DNA from: Eledone cirrhosa
Lineage: Eukaryota
DNA: 64,000 bases
NCBI GenBank assembly: GCA_964016885.1
Contig: OZ024749.1
Span: 49,352,001 to 49,416,000, forward strand
Direction: 5' to 3'
The notes below the pieces were generated by a model that was not told where the DNA came from, did not search any database, and saw nothing but the letters and a program-made list of their open reading frames with translations. A program made the position numbers and the translations under genes. Shown piece by piece: positions 1-14,525 of this stretch. Every line of letters starts with the position of its first letter. Position 1 is the first letter of the stretch.

Positions 1-708
1 CACTAAATTCTACACTACCCAAATTAATATTCATATACCAATTTATATGAAACATAACAAATCTTAATATGTTCATATCATGACCCTAGTTTATTTTCTG
101 ATTGATTTCAAAGAAATATATACGTTTATTTATCTAAATATTTCGACAGTTTATTAACAGCTAATTTAGAAGTTATATTTCAATTCTAGGTATTAATATC
201 CTATCTGTATCTGCATCCACTTATATCATATGGAGAGCGAATATTCAATATATAATTTGAGGCCTATATTTTGTTGTCTCCCTAAGGAGAATAACAGATT
301 CAGACAATGTCATATTTATTGCAAACACCCAATACAGGCAACAGTGAACATTTCAAAATATATTATTTTTGCGTCAGTAATCCATAATATTGTGGAGATA
401 AAGTAACAGGTATCAGTGAAAAAGACATGTTTAAGTTAATTAAGATGTACCTATTAGCAGCATGTACCTATCACCAGCATGGAAATTTAGTGAAACTGTT
501 TTAATCAACGTGTGTAAACAGACCTATCACAAGTGCATAAATGTAGTCTAAAACTAAGTACTGGGAGAAGAATATCTCAGGATCATTTCAAAATATTGTA
601 TGGGTGTCGTGAATAAATATGCCTCTGTTTTTACCCATTCGTTGGGTGATACTTTTTTTATTTTATTATTCTGTACTATCAATGGTATATATATATATAT
701 ATATAGAT

Positions 709-868
709 AATAATTGTTTCTACTTTTGGCACAATACCAGCAATTACCCAGCGCATTATTGGTACTTTATATTATCGACCTCGTAAGGATGAAAGGCAAA
801 GTTAATCTCGGCGGGATTTGAACTCAGAATGGCAAGGGCCTTCCCTCTACCGATACTGCCAATCCATC
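709..868 (-). mobile_element. tRNA-derived SINE (octopus-type), internally deleted
   Basis: Reverse complement of the family consensus ggattggcagtatcggtagaggg...ctgagttcaaatcccgccgag...ttgcctttcatccttacg...agtagaaacaattatt. Confidence 0.85.
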
Positions 869-966
869 TATAATAATAATAAGGAGTTGACGGATCCATC
901 ATATTTATCAATGCCAGGAGCGGTATCTGAGCGTACTCCATGGCAATGTATGATACATTCCCAGAG

Positions 967-1036
<70 letters not shown>

Positions 1037-1146
1037 CATGATTATTTAATTTATTAATTCTTCATTGAGCCACAAAGTGACCCGTTGCAAAACACATATA
1101 TATCTATGACTTTATATATATATATATATATGAAAACATTTATATG

Positions 1147-2178
1147 TAATAATCTGCCCATGGGATCAAGCTTGTCGAGTGTGCTAGCGATCTCTTACAT
1201 GGACAACCTCGAGCGCAAGGCACTCAACGCCTGCCACCCCAACGCCGTCGCCCTTTTCTCAAGGTACGTGGACGATATCCTCATCCTCACATCTTCCCAA
1301 GACACGGCGAACTGAATCTATGAGACGTTCAACAACACGGAGGAGAACATTGACTTCAGTGTTGAACACCCCAAAAGAAGACAGGTCACTTGCCCTTCTC
1401 GACTTCCGAATCAACATCACGGAACAGGGAAGGATCCACTGCAACTTCTACCGAAAGACAGCCTGCAGGGACCTGTTCGTTCACTGCAAGTCCGCCCTCC
1501 CTAACAGTGCCAAAAGAGGATACATCACGAACGAGATCGCGCGAATCAAAAACAGATGCAGCGATCCCGCGAGTGGTGTCACTCATACCAAGCGATTCCT
1601 CGAGGTGCTGGTAACGGATGGGTACCCTACCTCGCTCACAGACAGAGTAGAAAACACCAGACACAAGAGACAGAGAGGCACCCAAGGCAAGTGCTTCCTT
1701 AAAATGCCACACCTGGGCGAGAATACCACCAACGCTATCCGCAAGGCTATACGGAGGGAAGGCCTCGACATCAACCTGGCCCACTTGGGCCCCTCCCTGC
1801 GAAGAGGCCTCTCCAGGAAACCCGGGAAATCAACTGACTTGTGCTCCCTCAGAGACTTGCCCGATACGCCATGCGAACTGTTGCCTACGCACATACGTCG
1901 TGTATAAGATAGAATGTGACAGGTGCAACCAATACTATATAGGTAGCACAAACCGACCTTTGCACATCCGGATCAAGGAACACACTAAAACCAGAGCCTC
2001 GTCTTTCTGGAAACACATAGACAAATGCAGAAACAAAGACGGAAGGCCTATTGTCACAATTCTAGCGACTGAAAGAAACGTCGGCACGTTACGTATCAAG
2101 GAAGCGCTTCTTATCAAACGCCTAGCACCGCAAATAATCAATCGATCCGAGAGAAGCGAAATGAGGTGGCTGGTTTAA
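1147..2178 (+). pseudogene. 5'-truncated Penelope-like element ORF: RT C-terminal half, thumb, Cys-rich linker and GIY-YIG endonuclease; disrupted
   Basis: RT motifs LPMGSSLSSVLAISYMDNLE and FSRYVDDILIL; LLDFRINI...FYRK..LFVHCKSALP..AKRGYITNEIARI thumb region; linker (LCSLRD/CPIRHANCC); GIY-YIG VVYKIECDRCNQYYIGSTNRPLHIRIKEH...LRIKEALLIKRLAPQI. In-frame TGA at 1313-1315, frameshifts near 1372 and 1858, stop TAA at 2178. GC-rich relative to the flanks. Confidence 0.95.
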
Positions 2179-2600
2179 GTTAACAAACGATACAGCAACA
2201 CACGCACACACACAAACCAGAAAACTGCACACGCACACGCGCACACACACAGAGTAGCATTCCACCATACGAACATACTACACTGCCAATACAGAGGAAC
2301 AATGCAACAACACACGCACACACACACTCAAGCCAGACAACAACACACGCACACACACACAGTAACATTTAACAAACAGGCAGATAATGGACTGACAGCT
2401 AGCGCCACCCCACTCCCACAATTGAAAGAACTACTTCGGCCGCTGACCTCTGCCCGACCGACCCCATTTCACTCGCACGCGCGCTCTGCTCAATACCTCA
2501 GATATTCAAAACAACAAACAGCGGAGGACGCGCACCATATTTACCTTGGTTGCCCTTGGAATATATATAATAAAATAAATATGGTATTATAAATATAGTT
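2179..2600 (+). mobile_element. 3' UTR / pseudo-LTR region of the first Penelope-like element
   Basis: Follows the ORF stop directly; degenerate CA-rich repeats (caacacacgcacacacac units), then a GC-richer segment and an AT-rich end. The 3' boundary is approximate. Confidence 0.6.
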
Positions 2601-5600
2601 TCCATTTATTAATATATTGTATGATAGATTTATTGCTGTTAACTTTAGTCTTTCGATGTAAATGCAGTGCATTTTATATTTGATAATTTACTTTTCCTTT
2701 TGCCATTGCAGTGACCCTGGAAATCGTTCGGTCGGAATGGTCTATCAAATAGTGCTATTACAATAATACTATTTGTAGCTTTTGCATTTATGTGATTTAT
2801 CATTGCTCAAAAATATTTATTTCTCCACACAAGTATAGATTTGCTTATTTAAAATTAGATTCTCCGGAACTCTAATTGAGTAGTATAAGATATAATTCAC
2901 TATTGGACATACACCACACCGTGCTATCTTTCCCAATGACATTCCAATGTCATATTGTTGGTCGCTTTATCAAGATACATTTGAATGTAGAACCAATAAT
3001 ATATTGAGAGCCATGTAATTAAGTATATTCATCGATTTGTACAATTAAGATTATAGTATAAAATCCTTAATATAATTATATTGCATAATTAAAGCAACAG
3101 GCAGTAGAGCTAATCATTTGCCTGCTACAGCGCTGCTATATGGATAGAGTTAGCAACGTCCAGACATTTGAATCATCGTTTACTTCATGCCAAGTCCAAA
3201 CGTCGTTAAGTTAATACGCCTATACATATTTCATCAAGAGAATTTACCCCCCTTTCATACATCATTATTGGGGGCCTGGAGACATTTTTGACGTTCTATG
3301 TTTCTTTAACTAATCTATATCATCTACTCTGTTTAGTTATAACACATAGGTATATATAACTCAGATGTGACACGTGATAATTCTTATTCGTGCATATATT
3401 GCTAGGCTTACGATGTGCCCAATGACAAACCATGTGTATAGTCATTGTTTCTGTCTGATCGCTACCACAATTATTCTAACAGATTTAACTTAGGTATGAA
3501 TAACGAAAGCTATATAGGCAGATCAATAATGAGAAAATTTGTTTAATAACCAAGTGCCAATCGTTATCGAATCAAAAATTCGTACGAGAATTTGCTACAA
3601 TAATACATCTATACCTTCAAGGAAAATATACGATATACAAAATTAAATAGGAAGATGTAATCAGAAAGGTTATGAAGAAGTAAACGATACACTTGTGAAT
3701 AAATACAACAGTTAACATAATTTAATACAACAATATATTAGGTGCTTTCCATCGCATTTTTGTTATAAAAAACACGTATGCAGTATGAATCTATTAAAAC
3801 AGACTTGTTATCTATTAAAAAATAAATCAAACATTTCCGTTGATTCAATTGGCATGTACCTGATGTAATTGCTGAAAAAGTAGACATCCACTAGCGATGT
3901 TTTGGAATTTAATTCCTCGAATGTAAAACAATGTCTTTTATTTTAATTTTTTTAGATATTTAAATTGAAATTCAACTTATATAAGGCAATTGAAGAGAAG
4001 AACATTGCTTTAGTTTGATACGAGTCTATTCACGGTTGGATAACGTAACTAGAACTTAGAACAGCTGGCATCTTAACTAAAGATATATTAAGATAAGAAA
4101 AAATGTAGGTTAATGCGAAATGTTTAGAAACAACGAAGCTGTACCGGAATGACGTTAAACAAATTACGAAAGCGTACGGAAAGAAGTACTTAGCAATTTA
4201 CAGTGTAGTGAAATTTAACTACACAGACACACGCACACATAATGGTACCTACAGAAGCCACTACTCTCTGTTGGACAACAGTAACACCAGCATAGATGTA
4301 CATAACCATACATAAACACTACTAACACAAAGATAGACAAGCAAACACACCTATAAACACGTTGTACCATTGAAGTAAGGTTCTGAGTATATTTGATAAT
4401 ATGCCATTAGTTTCTAATTTTACCGCTAATAAATCCGTTAATTTCATGAAATATTTTAGATATTAACCAACAGAAAATGACAGGTGTTCCCGCCTACGAA
4501 AGTTAGGAACTGTTCTTTAAGTTTATTTTAAAACAACCTCAGAAATGTTAGCACTAGCGATAAACGAAGTGCTGCAAATATTTTTACACTTTGAAGAAAA
4601 AATAAAGTAGATATCTTATTTCATAAAACATTCGATGTGAAAGGCATCTATTTTATGTTTTGGTTAATTCTGTATTCATTTCCGCTGTTTGTTTCAAAGC
4701 TTAAGTCTTATATTTTCAAAGAATAAAATATTCATGCGCGTGCATACAAAAACACACACCAGTGTGCGTGTGTGCGTGGCAAAATTGTAGAAAATACTAT
4801 TTCAACTTAAAGTAGAATAGTTGTATGTTGATGCAGAACAACGTGATGAACTGTAAATGTTAGATGAATAAACAACAGAGATAAATTGTTTTTAATGTAA
4901 TTTTAAAATTTCGGATTCTCAAATCTTATGTTAAGGTTCGCAGTTGTGTTAATATCTACACTATTTCTCGAGTGTTATGAGATCCGATCGTCAAAGTGTA
5001 CTCGTACATGTTAAATCAATGACAGTATGTTTGCAGCTGGAATATATCCGTCATACGTCTCCTTTACTAGCCTGGGTTAAGCAACACCAACTGACTTTTT
5101 GCTTTTAAAATGTACATAGATCAAACTGACGTAGAGCGAAACAAGATCCTAGCTGTACTGTATCATGTACAGATATAACGTAAATCATGGAAAACAAAAG
5201 TTATGGTTAATTTCCCAGTAACCTATCATATCATATTTGAGATGTTGTATCATGCCAGTTAGTTCAATCTGTTATAACGATATGTCAGTTCATCTTTGAA
5301 ACACATTCCTTTCATGTCGATTTCATTATTCCTTTCAAAACCATCATTTCTTTACTTTTCTTGATCAGTTTATTCATTCTCGTATCATTGTTCTTGTTTA
5401 GTTCTTAAAAGCATACAAGTTTCCAGCTCGGAATTTTTATATATAATATAAACGCATATATCACTCACTATACCGTATAGTTATTATTGTTATATGTGTG
5501 ACATATGTGAGTAAATGTAAATATATAAGTGTATCACAGTCAGCTAGGTTTTACACGCTTTGCTATCACATGCAATTTAATTGAGGAACACTTCGTATTT

Positions 5601-8239
5601 AGGAGTTCTCATTATTTAACCTTGGGCAATACTATTGTCTATCAGGTTAGCCATGGTTAGATAAAAGAAAGGAGTGCAATAAATGGTCATCCTATTTGTG
5701 TACTTATTGAGATCCTCAATAATTGCGTACGTTCCTCTCATTAATATGCGATGGTGAAATTATAAGAAAGACACCTGCTGAATTTAGATTTGTCAAAATA
5801 TTGATATACTGTGGCTTTTGTAAACAGAAATATTTCATTTTCCCTTGCTGTCATTTATTTCCTAATATATATATATATAATTACATCTGGTAAACCATGA
5901 TTAGCTTAAGCGTTGCTAACCTAATGCATTAGTAAGACGTTCTGAATAGATCTAGACTTTCTCTCGTTACGATCCAACATGGGTTAATTTCTATAGTGAG
6001 TTTATTCACTATTATTTCAAACATTCAGAAATCATATTTCAATAATTTATTCATGCGTTTTTAAATATAATGTTGTATATTGAAACGAAGCTTTTCGAAT
6101 ATTAGGAAAGTGAAAGGTAATTGTTTGAACTTTAGGCGATTCAGATACGTAATAAAATAAAGTGGTTTGGAATGTGAAACGGAATTGTGATTTACAACGC
6201 CTAAATCTTGATAAAATATGACATGTTGTTTTCTTTAATACAGATTATTATAAATAATAAAAACAATGCCAATTTAAATCGACATATTATATATAGCAAT
6301 TGATGGAGGAAAAGTGGGCAGAATAGTTGGTATTCAGAATAATTTATAAGACACGATGTATGAAAACAAAACAGAAACATTGGTGTATAGGATGCAAGAG
6401 AGACATTAAGTATATGAACGGGAGAAAAGCAGTTCAATGAACATCGAAATTTAACATGACGTTTTGAAACATAATAAGAAACCTTTTGGTAAATATAATT
6501 TTAGACATGTCTAAACATGAGAGGAATTACATCAGGAAAAGGTATTTAGTCATACGCCCTTTCCAAGCTGGTTAAGTCCTTCCATTAACATCAAAATAAG
6601 CATACATACATAAATACATAAATACATATATATATATTAAATAGCCATTCTACTTATATATATTTATATATATATATATATATATCAATGACATATACTT
6701 TCGTCATTAAAAAATAGTGTTCTGCTCCTAAATTCACTTAAGTGTGCAGGGAATATATAATAACCTGAGTCTTAGATATTAAAAATGATATTGCATGCAC
6801 AAATTTGATTTCCTACCATTTGGCCACAAACCGTTGAGTTTGAAATTGGTAGGAACTATATTCAAGACACTTTCAAATTAAATGGCCAAGTTATATGTGC
6901 AGCAACCGTCATATTTGACACTGAGTGTAACTGCATATCTCTTAGATTTTCAATCGACAAATTTTCACATGACAAAACGAGAAGAGCAAAGATATTGCTC
7001 AACATTATAAAAAATATAATATAGTTGTTCAAGACATTCTACGTTGCATAGAATGAAATAGCAAATTTCGATTAAATTCTAACGTTTAAAAAATGTGATG
7101 CTTTCTCAAGCATTTGAGCACTGAAACGTTAACCCAAAGTGTTGATAATCAAAGGAAATTAATAACTTCACACCTTTACATGTTTAGATATCTATTATAA
7201 TTTTGTTACCAAAGGCATAACAGCATATCCCAATTAAAATGCGAATGATTTTGCTATTTTCCCTTGCTCCTCAAACAGTAATACACACACGATTGACAAT
7301 AATATTAGGGTAAATTCCCAGAACATGTATTCAGATTCTATTAACAATGTAATCTTACTGGATTCGTACAGTATTCGTACAATATTGATATTGTATTGAT
7401 ATTTTATTCATACTGTTTTCATAAGTTATTCCAGTCACTCTAATAAATCTACAAAACCTTACTAAAATATTCACTTCTAGCCATAGGTTTCCATTAAAAA
7501 AACAGGTGCTTGAAAAATAATATTTATTTAGATGACCCAGTTTTAAAATTAACTATATCTTACATACAAATGCATACCCAATCAATGGACACAAAGGCAA
7601 TGGTATAACATAAAGTACTCGTCATAGGTGCAAAGACAATAACAACCACAGCATCTCACTATCTTTCTCTTTCTCCCTCAAAACCACATCATTATCTTAC
7701 ACGTTTAAGCATGACAGACCTTTCGCACCACAAAAACACCTGCGTGTATATGATAATCATATAACTTCACATGTAGTCTCCACAAAGTTTCACAGAGAAA
7801 CAGGCTACCATCTCAAGTTGATATGCAGTCACAAAAAACAATACAACCTTACATATCTACGTACACACCAAATATTAGAAGAGAATAACCTAACAAAGAT
7901 TCACAAATACACACGTGTCAAGTATTTGAAACAAACCAGGCCTCAACCATATGCAACCAGATGAATCTCAACGCATATAGGCTACGAATATATGCTAGGT
8001 ACTTCCAAAAAACACTGACACAAATGAACAGTAAAAACATAACAAAAGGCAAGTGCTCATTTCAAACAGTAAAAATGTATTTCCTTCTATTCATTATTAT
8101 TTTCTCTTTGTGAAGAAATATAGATTACACGAATAAATATTACCGAAGTATTATGTTATATCTAAATCATCAGATTATTTTTAGTGAATCCAGCTATAAA
8201 TATACATGATACACTCACAGAAATATATATATATATATA

Positions 8240-8355
8240 GTAATACTTTCGGAGGTGATGTTGCCAATAAAAACACACGCACCCTTGGATTTTACTTTAA
8301 TTTATTATAAAGTTACTGTTAGTTGGTTGTTTCCATAACCGGAAGGTTGTTTATA
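8240..8355 (-). mobile_element. Solo pLTR fragment of the second PLE family
   Basis: 'actttcggaggtgatgttgccaataaaaacacac...ggttgtttccataaccggaaggttgtt' matches 19995-20130; flanked by (TA)n on both sides. Confidence 0.65.
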
Positions 8356-8412
8356 TATATATACACGCATGTATAAATCGATATAAATAAATATATAAAT
8401 AAATATCTAAAA

Positions 8413-8476
<64 letters not shown>

Positions 8477-8590
8477 AAAATATATGTATATATATGTGTG
8501 TGTGTGTATATAAGCAGAAGGGATATCCAATTTGTTGGTAATTCAACAAATATTAAAGTTTATAACTGATTCAGAGCACTCTGCAAGTTT

Positions 8591-8674
<84 letters not shown>

Positions 8675-8682
8675 TGCATATA

Positions 8683-9140
8683 TAGTAATAATAATAAATT
8701 TGAAAACTAAAATCCAAAGAGGGGTCGATAAGAATAAATATATATCAAATATATAAGAACCGTAGAGCAAATATTTAGAGCAAATATGACGTATTATCTT
8801 CGTTTTTTGGGTTCATTGCCAGAGAACGTCTCTATGAACCACCTAATAGAATATTAGTCTACGACTTCTTTTATACCATAAACGTGCGTTTGTCTTTGCG
8901 TGTAATTGTTTTTCACCGGTCCAAATAATGAGGTATTATATTCGTTTTTTTCCCGTTATTTGCCAGGGAACGTTTCTATGAACCAAAGTATCGTCTTCCT
9001 GTCTTCCTCCGGTTGCAACGTTTTTTGAAATATTCACTTCTGCGTTCACAGAATGAGTTTGTTAGTTTCAAAAGATCCAGTTAAGGGTGAAAGCAGCGAT
9101 TATTTGCTTAAACTTTAATCTGTTATTTCAATAAATATCT
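8683..9140 (+). mobile_element. H7 family copy with inverted tail module
   Basis: 8786-9135 matches about 58710-59040; 8683-8777 is the reverse complement of the tail at 59035-59128. Confidence 0.75.
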
Positions 9141-9823
9141 ATTTACTCTTGGTGCAACATATATGAAATTCCCGATATAAGGTTAGACTCCCTTTGTTTA
9201 TTTTTTTATATTGATTGTTTCCTATATCTCATTCTGTTATTTTGCCCGAGAACATATCTGTGTGCGTCATCAAAGGTTGTACACACACATCTTTTTTCAA
9301 GTTCCAATTGAGTTCTAGCACGTGGCTTGAATTCCTTTTAGAATTCATTGTCCTGCGTTTGTATTGTTTTTTTTTTTGGCGGTAATATACTTCCTCATTT
9401 TTGAATCAGTTTTAGTATTTCTTTGGAACTGCTGGAGTAGCAACCTAACAGATCCCCCAGGCACTGGTGGGGATTATCGCTAAATGCTGATATTGGTTAG
9501 ATTATCAATATTAGTATTATTGGGCACCCACTGATGAATTATAAATGCCCACTTGAATATATATCTCTTGATCGTATACAAACTCCTACATAAATTGATA
9601 TAATTTCACCCAAATTGTAGGAATCTTATAATGAAACGAGACGTCCGTCTGGGAAGAGATATATTCGATATGTCTCACATGAAATAATACAGCCAATTTT
9701 CCACACAATACATTTAGTTAGCACCCCGAACGCTTAATTAGGAATATACTCACTTATTTCCTAATGTTTGTTGAGTGAGTTGGAATTTGGCCGGAGTATC
9801 GCTAAAAGCTCTCTCCGATAATG

Positions 9824-9853
<30 letters not shown>

Positions 9854-9858
<5 letters not shown>

Positions 9859-10082
9859 AAATTTGCAAACTTGACTGTCACAACATATCATGAACATGAA
9901 GATTGCGAAAGCATGAAAGTACTTGTTCAATTAACACTTAGAATTTAATATTCTATCATACTATTTCATTATAATACCATTATAAATGTTAAAGGATTGT
10001 AAATAAAACGAGTAAATCAGACAAATTTGGAATTCCTCTTATTAATATAATCTTCTATACACAATCATACACACCCGTGTAT
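9854..10082 (+). mobile_element. ~230-bp hammerhead-bearing repeat H1 (copy 1) between (TA)n tracts
   Basis: Colinear with 55158-55412 over its whole length. Confidence 0.8.
9891..9929 (+). ncRNA. Hammerhead motif, second H1 copy with a core C>A change
   Basis: tgaac|ATGAAGA|ttgcgaaagcat|GAAA|gtac|TT|gttca. Confidence 0.65.
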
Positions 10083-10495
10083 ATTTACCTATCTATATAT
10101 ATATATACACGCATGTATGTATATTTATATAAACATTCCTGTATATATAAATATATACTCACATATCAACCACCACGCATATGTGTCAGTGTGTCTATGT
10201 GTAAATGCGTGCATTCAGAATAAAGAATATTTCAATTTAACCATTTTTTGGACAAGAGCAGAATAGACGGGGTGGAGGGAGAGATTTGTATCGTGATGTC
10301 TCCACGTCTTTAATTATATATTAAAACATCTGTAAATAGAGAAAATAGAAACAATAAATGCTTAAAATAATTAACCCAGGCTTATTTGCAAGTTCGTTAT
10401 GCAGCCTTGATTAGCAGCAAGTTCTCTTTGTTTCCTATCACAAATTTTTACTCACACTCCCCATAACTCTATCACTCCCTCCATCTCTCTCTCTC

Positions 10496-10560
<65 letters not shown>

Positions 10561-10566
<6 letters not shown>

Positions 10567-10616
10567 ATACTTTGGGAGGGTCATGTTGCCAATAAGAAAC
10601 AAATTCAGAAACGAAA
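10561..10616. mobile_element. Short rearranged end fragment of the second PLE family inside (TA)n
   Basis: 'attgttatactttgggagggtcatgttgccaata' (as at 19988-20022) is joined to 'aaacaaattcagaaacga', the reverse complement of 19932-19949. Confidence 0.65.
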
Positions 10617-10687
10617 TATATATATATATATATACACATATATACAAACACACATATATGTATATATATATACATGTATATATATAT

Positions 10688-10728
<41 letters not shown>

Positions 10729-10773
10729 TGTATATATATATATACATGTATATATATATATACAAGTATAGAT

Positions 10774-10824
<51 letters not shown>

Positions 10825-11120
10825 CGCGTGTGTGTGTGTTCTTCGGTACGTGTCTGTGAGTATTTATATGCATTGCCCTCATATCTGTTTACTTAGGAAA
10901 CAATTCCATGCTGTGTAATTCCGGCATAATCATTTGCACGCGTAAGTGGAGAAACTTATTCATTCATGTACATAATTCAGTTTTCTAAAAGCGTACCATG
11001 AAGGTGTATTTTTGCAGGTACATTCTGCAAGAAAACGAGAAGTAGAGAGAGGGAAGAATAATTACATCTAGTCCACTGAAAGACACTAAACAATATTTAT
11101 TATGATACAAGTTATGTACG

Positions 11121-11204
<84 letters not shown>

Positions 11205-11208
<4 letters not shown>

Positions 11209-11397
11209 AAAAAGTATGACCCCGACTGCAGAGCTCAAGCTGTTTCCACCGCTATTTTTGGACTCAGAAATAGATGTCCAAACAGATTGAGCTCTGCCGT
11301 CTGGGTAATAATTTGTCCTATTACCCACTCTACTACCCTAAGTGTTGAGTACTCTGGTGCGTTATGGTCTATCTGATTCCTTACCTCATTTCCTTCG

Positions 11398-11400
<3 letters not shown>
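11205..11400 (+). mobile_element. Family A copy in (TA)n
   Basis: Same hairpin centre (ggactcagaaata) and same tail as 19700-19893. Confidence 0.8.
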
Positions 11401-11434
<34 letters not shown>

Positions 11435-13602
11435 TATATATATATATGTTAGACAATGAAGATAACAAAATATAATTTCTTAGAATCCTCGTTTACGTAA
11501 ACATAGTGTTGGATGGAAAGGAAATGACACAAAAGTTAGTTTATTTGTAAATTTGATTGCTATTTCTAGCAGATTCAATAACGATGTAGTGTATTATCAA
11601 CAATATGCCGATTTAAATCGCCAAAGGTACAAGAATACATTAACTACAAATTCGGTTATCAAGAGATTTAACTTTATATGTTGAATGATATAGATATGAA
11701 ATTAATGTCCCTAATAGGCGGATTTGTTATATGGTTTGACATCATGTCTATACCTGTCTGTTGCATCTCTGATCTTCATTCATATATTGCGTAGTTAAAT
11801 GTTGCCCTCCACCGATTTAGATTCGATTACAATAATATCAGTTTTAGGTTGTAGAGTAAGGTCATTCTTAGAAACCACAGTATATTTCAAACAATGTATG
11901 ACGTTAAATTTCCTCCTAATTAATTTAAATCACGTCCATGAACATGCCGTTACTCAGCACGTGTCGGGATATTTCAAGCTATTATAAGATGTGGTATTTT
12001 CAGATACTGAAAAAGGTTCATTATCATCCTCTCAGCAGATTTACTTCACGAATATATGGGCTTTATAGACAAGATCAAGCTCTGTGAAGACCCACACCTG
12101 AACATATCCAATAATTACAAAAACTAACATATAGCTGTGTGATTTCTAGAACATGGCGATAATGTTTTGGAATTCCATTAAGAAGTTCGCAAATTATGTT
12201 AAATCCAATAACTAGTCTCACAGATATTTGATCCCTCACCAGTTTAACAAGTACTAACTTATAAACACGTCCTCATTAGCCGCTACGATATTTCGGTTGT
12301 TTGTATTACATGATCAGCGCATATAATATTTCTTATTGCAATTCCTAATTGTAAATTTCTGTTGAAATCATATAACTAAATATTCGGCTAATCCATTATT
12401 AACCGTGTCACTGAATCTGATTAGGATATCGAAAGATTAAATGTTATTGATTAAAACAATATTGACAATTCTAGGCATTTTGCCTAACCACACTCATACG
12501 AATATATTGTTAATATTTAGCTTCATATGTAATGACATTCAACTCTTCTATCATAAATATTTAAATCATTAATAACTTTTTTCTACAATTTGGAAAAGGC
12601 AGATGTATACTAAATAGACATGCCTTGGGGCGTCTCTTGAGTACAGCGAGTATATATGAAATTGCAGACGAATTAATAAAAGCAGATACTTTCTTTACAT
12701 TTATTTCTCATATTCAAACTATCCAAAGTGTCGTTTCAAACTCTTGCGATCTACTTAAATGTTTTCTAATTTCCGTTTATTTCAGCTACTTCCTCTTAAT
12801 TGTTATATGTGTGCTTATTTGCTTTGCAGGCATGTAGTAGGTATGATGGGAGCTTCGTAATGTGTTCAGGATTCACCACTTCACTGAATAGATAATTTCA
12901 GTGAGCAAATGAGAGCTGAGCTGCAATTTCTCTTGTGTTACCAACTTGTATAATAATATCGAGTTGGTTGACAAAGAGTGAAGGAGCAGACTAAATTGCC
13001 TACATCAATGAGTTTGTTGAAATGTTTGTGATGATATATACATCAATGGCCACTTGATTTATATATCAATATATGCAAAGCTTATACACTGGTGTTTGAA
13101 CAACTAGTACCTACTTCCCGATAGCATTGAGATCGAATCGGAATAGGCACTAACTCAGCTAGAATTAGCCACAAATACTTACTCAAGCCATGTTCAACAT
13201 TAATTTTATTGGTAATGTGACAGTAGCTAAAGTATTCCTAGGTACACACACGGAAGTAAAATAATTGTCACAACTGTACATTCCTTTATCATAGGCATAT
13301 TCATCAGTAGCTACAACAAAAACCAGAGCTGTTACATTGGATTTTAAGATGTTTGGGCTCAAAACACCCAACATGTAATTTAGCATCCTCACTCAGAAAC
13401 GAATATATAATAAAGCTATCGCATGCTGATACCAATCGTTTATGTGTGTGTGATAGTTTCAGAGCTAATTACACTACTACAGGAGCATTCCATCCATTGA
13501 ACATTTGCTTACTTAGGATAAGCCGAATTACAAAAGATCTTCATCAAGAAAGTGAGGGAATTGAGGAATGGAGGTGAATAAGGCAGTATTATTTATTTCT
13601 AA

Positions 13603-13791
13603 GGGGGGTGAATTTTGCAGTATCTGTAGAGGGTCGGACATGTTTTCCAGCATAATAACCTCCCTTTACGATCTGAGTTCAATTCCTGCCGAGGTTAATT
13701 TTGCCTTTCATCCTTACGGGATCGATAAAATAAAGTACCAGTAATGTACTGGATAATTGCTGGCCTTGTGCCTAAGATAGAAACGATTATT
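13603..13791 (+). mobile_element. tRNA-derived SINE, full length, with TSD
   Basis: Consensus match; B-box gagttcaattcc; TSD attatttatttctaa at 13588-13602 and 13786-13800. Confidence 0.9.
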
Positions 13792-14130
13792 TATTTCTAA
13801 AGGTTACATATAATAGATCATAAATACATATGCCTGCGAAAGATGGTGAATTGATAATGAGGACTGTTTTATTAAGTATGAAGGTATATAAATATATTGC
13901 AGAATTTTAAAAGTATTTCATACCCAAATTTCAAATTCTTGTAACATAGCATGTATTTCCGGTATTCAATAATAGGAGGAATTTGTTGAGTGTATTAAAA
14001 CTATTTCAGTTGTTCTAATTATACTTAATGTTGCAATCGTAGGACTATGTCATGATTTGTAATGAACATAAATACAATCGATTTTGAATATAATAAAATA
14101 AAAGAAATGCTTTAAGGACGAGAAGGCACC

Positions 14131-14219
<89 letters not shown>

Positions 14220-14220
14220 T

Positions 14221-14264
<44 letters not shown>

Positions 14265-14418
14265 ACATATATGTGTGTATATATACTGTGTTTTGGGGAG
14301 AGAACATGTGTGTGCGCACGGGTGTGGATAAATAATGTATATAGGTAGATTGATAGATAATGTGACCCCATGGCTCTTCGTTAGGATATGCAATGATAAG
14401 TTTCGAGAATATATATAT

Positions 14419-14525
<107 letters not shown>

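Noticed and set aside
1313-1315. In-frame TGA in the PLE RT read as a possible selenocysteine codon (known in some Naiad PLEs)
   Set aside because: It is a single TGA at a position with no Cys expectation and is easily explained by CGA>TGA decay. The ORF also has two frameshifts and a C-terminal endonuclease, unlike Naiads. No SECIS was recognised.
2515-2600. Hammerhead in the first PLE's 3' end (gcggaggacgcg)
   Set aside because: The core is mismatched and no downstream GAAA or stem III was found.
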